In this document: piece by piece, positions 1-11,653 of the stretch
Layout of the letters: the number at the start of each line of letters is the position of its first letter
How positions within the stretch are numbered: position 1 is the stretch's first letter
NCBI GenBank assembly: GCA_022813865.1
Contig: JALDZX010000002.1
Location: 558,001 to 622,000, forward strand
DNA: 64,000 nt
Source of the DNA: Xylographa opegraphella
Taxonomy: Eukaryota
Direction: 5' to 3'
The notes under the pieces: model-generated
What the model saw: only the letters and a program-made list of their open reading frames with translations
Told to the model about the DNA's origin: nothing
Databases searched by the model: none
Translations under genes and position numbers: made by a program

Positions 1-2127
1 CTTCCTCCCTGCAACATGGACAGCACGTACCCCGCCCCAATCTCTCTGAGATATCGGCCAGAGATCGATCCTTCGTGAATAATTGTTCAACAAAACTCCA
101 GTTACCTTTAGCTATTTCCACCTGCCGGTTCAGATTGCCCTGTAATACGTCCACCCCGCCCTAGAAGTTCTTATCTCTCATTCTACCGCCCTTTAATATA
201 CTGTAAGATCGCCGCTCACCCCAGAAGCTTACATTTGTTATCTGAAGCCTGTCCAGCAACGTCGTGACCTTCTCCCGCTAGCCGCAACATATTCGTTCTA
301 TTTTAACTCCAGTCTATGAACTGATGCTGGTCACATGGTTAACAGAAGCCATGAAGCTCTGGGATTCCCTTTGCCAGACCGATGGTAAGCCAGTCCGCGG
401 TGAGGGAGGCCGCTTCGGCCCGCGGACTGCTAACAGAACTGCCACTGGCTAGTAATTATGAGGATCGATGTAGACAGCATTTGGGCGCCCAATCGAAGAA
501 CAAGTTTTGGCAATTTAAAGGAAATTAAGCAACGAAACAGGTACAGTATAGCGGATTATCATATCCCTGCTTATGTCTGGCCTGCAGTCAAACACAGGGG
601 AGTGATGCTTAAACACCATTGAATAGCTGGTTTAAGATCGCGAGTTTATCGCGTTTACTTTTCTATCCTAGGCTGATATAGTTGCCCGGACAAGGGAGGG
701 CTTAGTTTCGTTCTTTAGTAGTAGTGTTTAGCATTGGTTGAGTCGAATTTACGTAATAAACAAGTTTCTATATTACATTTCGTAACGGGAGAAGTTTACT
801 TTGTGTTGTCTTGCATTGAAACTTACAAAAATCAAGTTTAAGAATATTATTGTTATCGTTTCTGTACAGTCATCGATATGGAGATTCTGATGATTATATA
901 TAATTGTTAATTGGTAGAAGCATCACTTGCTGGTAGGCATATAGGAGGTATATGTCACGTTCACGTGGCCTGTACCGAACTTCACCGAATATACGATTAC
1001 TGTTGCCCCCGCCCTGATCCAAATACACGTGCCTTTTGATAATATCTTTAATTTTATCGTTCGAAATTTAAAATATTATCTCGTTCCCGTAATTTTATAT
1101 TTTAATTAAAACGGCATTACGAAGTGGACTTAGTATGTTTTGAAACGTAGTGCAAAAACGTTAGGGTTCCCGATTATTTCAAACACGTGGTAAAAGTTGG
1201 TGTCAGATTTGCCAAGGTGGTGTCACATCAGTCGCATGAACCTATCTCGCCACGCGGTGGTGATACTTGAAATGTTTAGCAATCCACCGAGACGAAGACT
1301 TCTATGGAAGTTCCGTTTTATATGATACATGTTCATTGGGGGTGGATCCTGCACATGTAGTTGTTTTACGGTACTTGAACTTATCGGATGGAAGGTCGGA
1401 GCTGTACTTCCATGTGTGTTGAGCACACGAGCGTTATATTCTACCTCATACACGAACAGCTAATCCAGAGCGAAAATGTCATGAGGACCGCGGTACAGGT
1501 TGAGATCAGCCTCAGGAATTGATCAGATACACAGTGGAAAGGTAGCCGCCCGATTTTTGAGCAGGTTAGGTACAGAATCCTGCATTGTCGGACGGCAGAT
1601 TACTCCACCTTATTCTTAATCGGGTTTCAAAACAACAAGCGATTGTTTGATCTTATCTGATCTTGTAAGCGAGCTCTATCATATGCTGTCTGATACTGCT
1701 CGGCGGCAACGGACTTGGGTCAGTCGACGATGCTGCACTAGAGCAATAGTCAAGGAATCTGCAAGTCAAGCGACCTACTCTCGAAGCTTTTTCTCTTATC
1801 CAGGGAAGCCCAGCCAGGAAGTGATAAAGATGCTACCTTCTTCGTCACACCTTCACAACAGTCCGTCGAGTGCAGAATCTCCGAGATTGGCGGTTATGGA
1901 GCAGAGGTATTGACTCCTAATGGGACCCACTCGTCCAGCATCGGCCGAATCATTACACTATCAAGACAAGACTCCCTGAAACTCAGTATACAAGACTTTT
2001 CCAGTATAAATGTTTGACCTGCCGCTCTGGCTTTGCATTCAACTCATCATTGCTTTCTTCGCTCTTTCTGCACCCCATACAGTTCATCATTACCCTGCCG
2101 GCCAGGACTCTGTCATTCTTTGCAAAT

Positions 2128-2937
2128 ATGTTTTCAGTTACTAAACTTCTAACACTCGTGGTCCTCGCCGGCGTTCCAATGATATTCGCTCACGGATTGA
2201 TCGTTGCTGCTTCTGGAGACGCTGGCGGTGCCGGCATCGGTCTAGGCGCCGAGTCAGCTACCACAGACAATCAACAGGACGTGACCATCTTCGGCGGTAA
2301 CGACTACGGCACCGTTGGGGTAAGCGAGCAAACATTTCAGACCCTAGAATCCAGGCATTGACCATTACTCCTCAGCGGCTCGGCAACGTCAACATAGGCA
2401 ACATTGCTTCCATTCTCGCAGCTTCCGAAAAGATCGCCGGCAGCACCCTTCCCCAGGTCACGACCGGAGGCATGCTCACGATGACATACCGCCAACTCAA
2501 CGACGATGGCGCCGGTCCGGTCAAATGCCAGGTCAGCGCCAACGGATCCACGACTGGCTTCGTGGCCATGACCGTTACGACTCAAGTGCCCGGCACGGCC
2601 GGCCAAGCTGACGTGTCGAACACCGACTTCGTGAGTCGCCGAAACCTTTTTGGGGTCGTCCGTGTGCGCTGTGGCTAACGAGATGCAGCCGCTTGTGGCA
2701 CAGATGCCAGCTGGCCTTACTTGTACGGGTACCATCGGTACGGCAACCAATGCGTGCATCGTCCAATGCAAGAATCCCGTTGGCCCGTTCGGAAGCAATA
2801 TTGTTGTCCAGTCGGTAGGGGCTGGGAATAGTGGGACGGCGGGGAATGCGATGGCGGCACCTGCGAGTCCGGCTGGCCTTTGTGAGGCAGCTCCTGAAAC
2901 GCACAAGTTTAAGATTAGAGGTAGTACGTGGCGGTGA
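2128..2937 (+). CDS. Secreted gEgh16/GAS1-like (DUF3129) protein, 3 exons (introns 2320-2375, 2631-2688)
   Basis: Signal peptide MFSVTKLLTLVVLAGVPMIFA followed by His. Motifs LPQV..GG.LTMT.RQLN.DGAGP, VTTQVPG and MPAGLTCTG...NACIVQCKNPVGPFG are typical of the family. Both introns have GT-AG ends and join the frames. Confidence 0.85.
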
Positions 2938-3334
2938 GGGTTGGAACAAGTGCAGTTTCCGCGGCAGTGATTAGGCTTCGAATAGGAAGATCGTTCATTG
3001 AAGAAGATTGTAAGATATTGAACCTCGTTGCGATACCTCGTTGCCTTTACGTGGGCTTAGCTAGCTTGTGCATATATATGTATAAAATAGCGCTTTTCAA
3101 GTACTTCCTTCTGTGTAATAATCCTGAGTTCTGGCTCGGCGATTCTTTTTGTTGTAAGTGTTATCCTATGCCGTCCACGTTTCCGTAGAAACTCTTCTTA
3201 CTTATACTGTCAACCATGGTACTTCTTTCCAAAAGTACCTTCCAGACTGAAGCATCAATAGATGACTTTCTGTTCGGGAGGTATATGATATTGTACTCAC
3301 TAACATGTAGAATATGGGTATATTAGTAGAGTAT

Positions 3335-4531
3335 TTACAGCTTACTCCCCCCCTCCTCTTGCGGTACCTTCACGACCACTTTACCCCACGTCTCCCTCCT
3401 TCCCAGCATCCCCAACGCCTGCCCCACGCTCTCCAGCCCTACAAACTCTTGATCCGTATATACCGTGCCCCGAAACTTCCGATCCTCCATCAATCTAAAC
3501 AAAGCCCGCCACACCTCCTCCACTTTCTCCGTCTCCTCCGTCGCATACATGCCCCAATGCAGGCCCACTATACTCACGTTCTTCAGCAGCACCCGATTCA
3601 TAGCCACCTTCTCGAACGTGCCTGCAGCGAACCCCACCACCACGATCCGGCCGTTCCATGCCGTGCACCGCAGGCTTTTCTCCACCATCCCCACGGGGTC
3701 GAAGACGATGTCCACCCCATTGCCCTTCGGAGTGAGCTTCTTGACCTCCGCTTCCCACCCCGCGGCATTGTAGTCGATGCCGTAGTCAGCGCCATAGCTC
3801 TTCGCGACCTCCAGTTTCCGCGCTGACCCTGCCGTCGCGATAACCGTGGCACCGAAGGCTTTGGCGACTTGTACGGCTGCAAGACCTACGCCCCCTGCTG
3901 CTGCGTGGATCAGGACAAAGTCACCCTTCTTCACGCCCGCGCGTGTGACCAGCGCCGCGTAGGATGTCGGCGCCGTGACCATCAGGCCTGCGGCTTCGAG
4001 GAAGCCCCATCCCTTAGGTACAGGACGGAGCCGCTCTTCCTCGCAGCAGATGTGGGTGGCGTAGCCGCCTTGTGAAGCGCCGAAGACGCAGTCGCCAACG
4101 GAAAACTTTGCTTTGGAGAGAGCGGTAGGGACGGAGAGAACGGTGCCTGAGAACTCGGAGCCGGATATCCAGGGGAAGGGGGGCTGGTGTTGGTATTTTC
4201 CGCGGATCTGGAGGAGGTCGAAGAAGTTGGTGGCCGTGGCATGGATGGCAAGCAGGTATTGAGAGGAGGAGGGTACTGGAGTGGGAAGGCTGGAGACGAC
4301 GAGGTCGGATGGGCCCTAAGGGATTTTAGCCTCTGTGTGGAAGGTAGTGTTGAACCGGAGGGAAGGAGAAAGTAGGGTAGATTAGACAAGCGCGTAGTCC
4401 AAATACTGAAGGACTAGGGAGTCGTACTTCAACAGCGGAACCTGTTGTTGCAAACTGGAAATCCAACCTCGAAGGTAGACATAATTGGGCTTGTTTACCT
4501 TGACATACTCCTTCACCTGAATTGCTCTCAT
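3335..4531 (-). CDS. Zeta-crystallin-like NADPH:quinone oxidoreductase (MDR family), 2 exons (intron 4316-4498)
   Basis: Spliced protein MRAIQVKEYVK|GPSDL...NFFDLLQIRGKYQHQPPFPWISGSEFSG...VLIHAAAGGVGLAAVQ...GKVVV. Confidence 0.9.
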
Positions 4532-5013
4532 CACGGGCAGCTTCACCCAATGGCCGAGCTTGTGTCGCTAACAGAATTTCTCCGAGACGTGGCAGATTGC
4601 GTTAGAAAGGTTTCGGTAGAGCAGCTCTATATCATTCAATTGCAGCTGGATTTGATCAGGTACTGCCTGGAGGTGTTTCGCGCTTTGCTCTGGGTAATTT
4701 GGGTCGAAGTCCTCGATTGGCTGCTGAGAAATTCACCCTGGTTTGAAGGGCTGTTCTATATCGTTCCGCTTTTTGTCAAGCTCTTACCCGACATTTTGGA
4801 TACTGTATTATGACTCCGATGATTCCATATATAATCAAGTAAGTCAAACCCCTCTTGAAGTGCCAAGTTAGCGTTTGAGCCGAGGTTAGGATACACAGTC
4901 TAAGAGATAAGACCACGTGACTGTCTTATCGATTCCACCCCTGTCGTGTGAGCTATTGTCGATGACGAGAAAGTTGAAGCTGGTGCTGAGGGTTATTCTA
5001 CCGCCGTTCACCG

Positions 5014-6996
5014 ATGGAGTCTTTACCAGCAGAGGTGATCTTACACATTATCTCGTGTAAGTCTTGGAATGCTATGGCGCCGCAAGTATGGGCTGACAGA
5101 CTTCCAGTTTTAGAAGTACGTGACATCGTCAGGCTAACCCAAGTGTCGAAACGATTTTACTCCATCTGCCGCGACAATGAGTTATGGAGAAATATATCCT
5201 TCCAGGCTTCGCCTTGGGAGAGTGATAGGAGGTCACGAACTCTGGTACGAGCCCCGACTCCGGTGCCCGATCCACGAGTCCTAGAAATACAAAGACGGGC
5301 AGCTACACTAGCTTCGTCCAAAAGTACCCAACAGACTGCTGCGAACAGGGCAAATGGCAGGGTAGAGAAAGAAGCATCGTCAGATTCAAGCACTGAAACA
5401 CGGCGACTTCGAGCTCTCGCAAATTGGGATCCATCGTATCCAAACGAGAAGGTAGATTGGTATGGGGAATATATTGCACGGCATGGACCTATTTCTACGA
5501 GCTGGCTGCAGCAGCCTACGAGACAAGAGGGGAGCACATGCGAAACTTATGAAATCCGAGGTATGGCTTTGCACCACGATAGCAACGGCAGTCGAGTCGT
5601 GGCACCGTTGGATGATGGGAGTGTTTGTTTATGGAAACTTGGGTACGAAATAAATTCAAACGGAAGCGACAACCAGCGGAAAGGTACCATCATTGGACGC
5701 AGTAAAGTGGGTCTGTTGTCATTCAATGACGGCAGTGACGGTGCTGAACTCTACAGCTCGTATTCCAAAAAGAAAATGGCAAGCACAGCTGTGGTGGAAT
5801 GTCTTAGTGTGGACAGTGTTCGAAACAAAGCCTACTTTGCAGTGCACAAGGGTTTACATGAGGTTGATCTCAGTACTTTACAGATATCGCACTACGAAAA
5901 ATATCCTTTCATGATCTCGGCTCTTTCCGAAGTCACTTTTCCTACTCCATTGACTGTTGGAACTACTCACAGCTTACATCTCCACGATCCGCGGCGGTCG
6001 ATGAATTTTTGTTGGTCTGATACGAGCTGCACAGATCGAGTTGACAATGTCGCCAATTTCCCTGCCTCCAGTCGTCCCAAGAACGACTTCTACAGGCTTC
6101 TCTCGGGGGACGAATTTGCTTCCCCGTTTGCACAGCTGTTTCATCCTGGACCTTTAGCAATCCACCATGTTCCTTCGTCAGGTACTTCAAATGGCAGTTC
6201 CGGAGAGATTTTCGTGGCTGGACGGTTTCCCAGTCTGCTCATCTATGATCGAAGGAGCTTCCCTAAACTACGAAATACCATTCACTCTGGCGCCCGTCTT
6301 TGCAGCCTCACTTCTGTACCTTACCCTTTCCGTTCGTTGGACGATCGCGAGATGTCACCACAAGCGGTGCAACAAGCCAAGTCCAAACCTGGCAAGACTC
6401 TAATTGCGTGTGGCGAGTATAACGGCAAAGGATCATTGGAAATCTATGGACTTTCGGCTGAAGAAAATCCGAGCCTGGCGGTAGCAGGAAGCACGCAGAG
6501 CTTAAGCTACAAGAATCGAGTCAGTGCTTCTAGATCAAAGTTGCTCTCGGTCGCTACGCATGGGACACGTCTCGTGGTCTCTGATGGCGACGGCTCGATC
6601 CGGTGGATGGAGAGGGACGGGTCCACCCTCGTAAGACGATGGAACATAAACCAGTACGAAGGCTCCGAGAAGGTCGGTATCTTCCGATCTTTGTCGACTG
6701 AAGCCCATGGGGATGTTGCCAGGAAGCTAGTACCTGTCAATCTCGGTGAAGCAGACGCACAAGCAAATCTTGACGAACTGCTCGTTTGGACGGGCGAACG
6801 TATTGGCGTTCTTGCTTTTAAAAACAGACCTCAATTCGGCTCAGAGGATTGGGAACAGAGAGCGGAAACTGCCGAGGAGAAGATAAAAAGGAGAGAAGAG
6901 CGGATCTATAGCGAGACTATGAGGCGAGCTCTAGAAAAACAAGCCAATGAAGTTAGATTCGTGAGAGGTCTCGGAGCTAGAGTGAACGATTTCTGA
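5014..6996 (+). CDS. F-box protein with probable beta-propeller C-terminal region (in-frame intron 5057-5107)
   Basis: N-terminal LPAEVILHIIS|FLEVRDIVRLTQVSKRFYSICRDNELWR is an F-box. Long ORF with WD-like segments such as DDGSVCLWKL. Confidence 0.85.
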   Translation: MESLPAEVILHIISCKSWNAMAPQVWADRLPVLEVRDIVRLTQVSKRFYSICRDNELWRNISFQASPWESDRRSRTLVRAPTPVPDPRVLEIQRRAATLASSKSTQQTAANRANGRVEKEASSDSSTETRRLRALANWDPSYPNEKVDWYGEYIARHGPISTSWLQQPTRQEGSTCETYEIRGMALHHDSNGSRVVAPLDDGSVCLWKLGYEINSNGSDNQRKGTIIGRSKVGLLSFNDGSDGAELYSSYSKKKMASTAVVECLSVDSVRNKAYFAVHKGLHEVDLSTLQISHYEKYPFMISALSEVTFPTPLTVGTTHSLHLHDPRRSMNFCWSDTSCTDRVDNVANFPASSRPKNDFYRLLSGDEFASPFAQLFHPGPLAIHHVPSSGTSNGSSGEIFVAGRFPSLLIYDRRSFPKLRNTIHSGARLCSLTSVPYPFRSLDDREMSPQAVQQAKSKPGKTLIACGEYNGKGSLEIYGLSAEENPSLAVAGSTQSLSYKNRVSASRSKLLSVATHGTRLVVSDGDGSIRWMERDGSTLVRRWNINQYEGSEKVGIFRSLSTEAHGDVARKLVPVNLGEADAQANLDELLVWTGERIGVLAFKNRPQFGSEDWEQRAETAEEKIKRREERIYSETMRRALEKQANEVRFVRGLGARVNDF

Positions 6997-8591
6997 ATAA
7001 TGAGAATCCACTCCGCTAGTCGTTGCTGTGTCAAGCTAAGTTACTTCAAGAATTGGCTTCATCATGGCCTCAAGATGTTCTAGAACATACGAATGAGATG
7101 AAGTTCTCTCCATAATGGTCTGGCTTCCCTTCCATCATGTAATAAATGAACCGCTCAATGGACTTTCAGCTTGATGGGCTCGATCAGAGAGGTCTCCAAG
7201 GCGTCGTGGTCAGACTAACTGAGGGCTGTGTCTAATGCGGTCTGGTTCATAGAAAACACTGCTCCAATCTGTCGAGAATGGTTTGCAGCGTCATTGATCA
7301 CGGGACAATCAGAGTGTCCAGAAACCCAATATAGATACGATGATAAACACGATTGTCAGGCACGAGGCCTTCCATAATGACGATCCGGGATCGAGGAGAA
7401 TAGGGGTATCCGATTGTGTTAGGTCTTCACCACGCTTTTACTTTGAAGTCTCCGGTTTACCAAGTTGGTGAAGATCTATACTGAAGGGTTCTAGCGCATG
7501 ACTGAATAAAGCCTTGCCTTTATCCGTGAACGAAAGATTTGGAGAACAGATTTGGGGGACGGAGATAACCTACGTATATCTTAGGGGTTCTTGACTTGCC
7601 AAAGGATGAAGTGTATCGTCACGGTCCACGTGGAGTCGAAGGCGAAGCAAAGCCCCAATCGAGTATCCATAGAACATTCCAGGCCGGATGCCTACGGTGG
7701 ATCAGGAACACCAAAGTATAACTTTAAGCAGAAACAAAGTTCTCGTTCCTGTTCGAGCGTCGCCGTCATTGACAGAGTGCGAAAGGCAATCCGATTGACT
7801 AAAAACTGTTATAACATTTTCTATATATAGCTTACTTTGGAACTTTTGGAAATGCTTAATCTAATTCGCGATTCTGAACCCCTTTTGCCCAATTGAATCG
7901 ACTATTTTTGTACTTTGAATTTCACGAACTTCTACCTTCGGAATCCAGAAGATCATGGAAGGTCTTGAACGAGACCTTGCCTGCTGTCATGCCAATTATC
8001 TCATGTCGTGCAAATGCAGAATTCGAATAGGGGGACATCGCTGTTGTCTCCTGCTGCGTCGCCTAATCGGCAAGCACATAGATGTCTGACCCTATCAACT
8101 TCAATGACTCTCCTGTATTGGGCTACTACCTCGAAGCACTTCCGAGGTATCATGTGTATGAATCATGATGTCTTCGGACCCCTTTCCCATAAAGTTTCGA
8201 ACTTAATAAATTTACTCCAGGCACGTGTTTTAGGGCAAAGTCTGACTTCAGGGGCATCATGAACTCAGTTTTCCAACCCCCTTCTGGGGCTGGCCGTTGG
8301 TATAAATGAAGGCATTGCTCTGTTTCGTTGTTGTTTTTTCTCCATCAACCCAACACTGAAGAACTTGCTGTCCAGTACATCAAAGCTCTTCAACCGCAGA
8401 CTTCTGTTTGTACCACTTACATCCGGCATTATCACCGACTTCACGACTTTCGACGCACCTCTCTCTTTATCATCACTTCTACCTTCTCTTTAACGACCTT
8501 TCTTCCTCCGGCCTTCCTTCTTACCGACTTTCACTTCAACCATCATCGATATCCTTCCCCCTTCAGACCCATCGGATTAACAACTGTGACC

Positions 8592-9634
8592 ATGGGTTTT
8601 GCAATGAACTGCCGTGAACAGATGGCCTTTTCCAAGCCTACCAACGACAGTGACCGACGCCTTTCATGGAGCTCCAGCGGTGGAAGCAGTTCTGAAGAAA
8701 CCCCTACTTCATGGCATTCAACCAATGGCGGCCCTCTCCTAGGTCGTCAGGACATCCCTATCGCTATGTCGGACTGCAGACCTGGACACATAGTGTTTAT
8801 GAAGAAGCCGAAGACAGCTGAAGAATTGAAGAGAGCCGCAGAGTGCGACATGCCGACGTGTCGGCTTGAACATCCCGCGCTCATCATTGGGGTCGGACCC
8901 AAGCGTCTCGAGATTCTTCCAGTAAGTCGACACTTTCACATTCATCCTGTTCGTCGGATTTAACAGAGACTAGTTGACAACCGCATCGGGCTTAACGGTG
9001 CAAGATAAATACCCTCGAGCTCCCCATTACTGGCCAAACTTTGTCCCGATCGAGGGAAAGCCCAAGAACCCCGACTGCGCCTGCGAGCCTTTGCAGATAA
9101 ACGGCAAGAAGATGTCGAAGCCAAGCTACATCAAGTGGACCGCGCCTTCCTTTGTCCTTCCAGAGATGCTGGCAGTCATCACAGGATCGAAGCTCGGGGA
9201 TATCCGCCTTCATCCAGACAGTCTCGACCGACTCCTTGCATTCCGGAATGCGGAACTGGGACTCAACTCTCGACCCTCATCCTCGGGTACTCCATCCTCC
9301 GGGCGATCGTCCAGGACCAACTCTCCCGGCAATACGCGCGACAAGGAGGTCGCCCATGCCTGGAGACACGGATACCTGGCAGGACTCGGCGAAGCAACCA
9401 CTCCTCCCGGAGCATCGAAGCTCCGGGTCGATTCATGGCGCTCCCAGAGCTCCGTATCGATTGTCCCGGCGGTTCCAGTCACTCCTCCGGCCAGCCAAAC
9501 AGCTTGGCATCATACATCAAAGCGTGCTCTCGAGAGCAGAGGTATGTCCATGTCCTCACTTCTCTTCAGCTCGCGGCAACTAATTCTACATAGATTGGAA
9601 CAGAGACAAGTCTCCTGTGAAGAGTTCCAAGTGA
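8592..9634 (+). CDS. Hypothetical protein with PemK/MazF-like motif pattern, copy 1 (introns 8922-8973, 9542-9593)
   Basis: Two 52-nt canonical introns give PGHIVFM...EHPALIIG...EILP|LTT...FVPI...PLQI...MSKPSYIK...IRLHPDSLDRL, then a Ser-rich tail. TATAAA at about 8301. Confidence 0.7.
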
Positions 9635-11653
9635 TGGGACTTTTCCCGATGAGCCTTCCGTCAACTTACTACCAAGGGAAGCACCAACACCATAGTGGCA
9701 AACTTGCACCAGTTCGGCCGATCAACAAGGATCACGGTCTTCCTAACGCTTACCGCAGCCGTTACACATATGACGAACACAACTGTACCAACTCCCAGGC
9801 CTTTATTAAGCGGCCAGATCAGCAGTGACGGGACCCATCCTACCATCCCGATCGTAACAGTAACGATCGCACGAGCACCAAGCCTACAGACGCATATTAT
9901 GCACATATCAGCAAAGATCACGCCCTCCCAAGGTCAATACCACAGGAGTCATATCTGCACAATTTCGCAGACCTAAACCAATTTACATACCTAAGTCACT
10001 TGAACCAAGCTACTACATAACCAAGGAAACTTTCCCCCTGGGGTCATACCACAACGGCCACACAAGCACTAAGCTCATAGAAAGCGAAGCTCGTACTATC
10101 GCATCTTCACATTATCAGAGATCACAACAGCAACGATTGCACCGGCATTCACGTGGCAAACCTGCCACACGCTTGCATAGCAGCAAAGATCACCACTATC
10201 AAGGTCACACCACAATGATTTTTATCAGCAACTAGAACACCAGCACCATGCTCGCCTGTTGTACCAAGCACACAGAAAAGCGAAGTCCGTGTCATCCGAT
10301 GGTCACACTAAGTTCGACCTCTGCAAGGATCGATTTAGTATCACATCTACTGGGCACCCTTCCGGCACGATCTCAACTTACAGAACCAACCACCTGTCTG
10401 GATTACATAGCCATCTTTACCGGACGATCTCCAGCATCAGATCAGAACGATCGCGTCAGACTCGAACATATCAGCAGCAAACTCGCCGCCTCATATGGAG
10501 CGCAGAATGCAGCAAAGACCACACGCTTCGAAAGCCCAAATGCAAAGTTCGACTTCGGCAAAATTTGGCTTATTACCACGCCTGTCGGTCGTTCTACCAG
10601 CAGTGTCTATCGTGAATACCGTTGTTACTATCATGACCCGCGTTCAGTGCCACCCGGTCACCAAGGTCTGAAATCCGAGCATCCCAGGGAGTTGTCTGAA
10701 TCCTGATGTTCAGAGGGACCTAGCCTACGCTCAGGGAGGTATGTTAAAATGATTCTCCGTCTTACTCATGACAGAATGCTAAGATGCTGAAGTTGTGTCT
10801 TCTTTCGCCGGTTTTGAGCTGCGCTTCTTCCAATATTGGCTTTCCAGAGTTTACGGATGAATAAGCGCAGTGAATTGGGTCTCAGGAGTCTCATAGGTAC
10901 CTAGGTATCGGATATTTGTAAGCTACTAATTAGGTACTTGACGACCTGATGACTTAAGTACTAACTATGTCTTACTACAGTACTGTAGTTACAGCTATTA
11001 CCAGAATAAAATATAATGAACCATCATATGCGCGCTTGGGTGGCATGACTCGTGAGTTCAACCGAAAATCCTCCCTATATATGAAATTATCAATCTACAG
11101 ATATGGGCGGTATGAGCTTTTGACACCAATTTCATTTTTTGGGACTCACGAATCATATCATACAGGTTGGAACGAAAGGTGGCAATCATCGTCGCTAGCA
11201 TTGCCTACTTCCATCATTGCTTCGGTTGGTTCGTGGGATTTAGAGCTTCCGGAGCACCAGACATCAAACACATCGGAAGTACACTACAAGATCGATTCAA
11301 AGTCACGACTTATCTGTTGGTTCTGCTACAGCCAACGAGCAAGGACTCGTGCCACGCGAGGCGCCCACTATAGGAGACCAAAGCTTTACGAGTATCTTGC
11401 CAGTGCATGATTACAGCGAAATTTAGACGACAACCGGGATTATGAGCACCAACAACACGATTTAATATGGCGTTTGAACCTGAATTTTGTGCCAGCGGCG
11501 GAACGATTAAGATGCCAGCGCTTCAGACAGTACTAGTGGCACAATCGATCGGAGTCTCGAACGCAAGCTCGACACGATGATTCATGTTACGATGTCACTG
11601 GGCACTTTGGATGTATGTCAAACAGTCTTTCCGCAACTACAAATATCAAGGCT

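Noticed and set aside
954..1190. CACGTG boxes around an AT-rich tract, resembling a point centromere (CDEI/II/III)
   Set aside because: Element order and spacing do not fit, and filamentous ascomycetes have regional centromeres. These are more likely bHLH sites or chance.
4316..4498. Long oxidoreductase intron as a stwintron or snoRNA host
   Set aside because: No nested donor/acceptor set and no C/D or H/ACA boxes found.
7050..7760. Minus-strand fragments (YFGVPDPP*..MDT, PILLDPGSSL) suggestive of an aspartic protease pseudogene
   Set aside because: The motifs are degenerate, about half the expected distance apart, and broken by many stops. Not supportable without a search.
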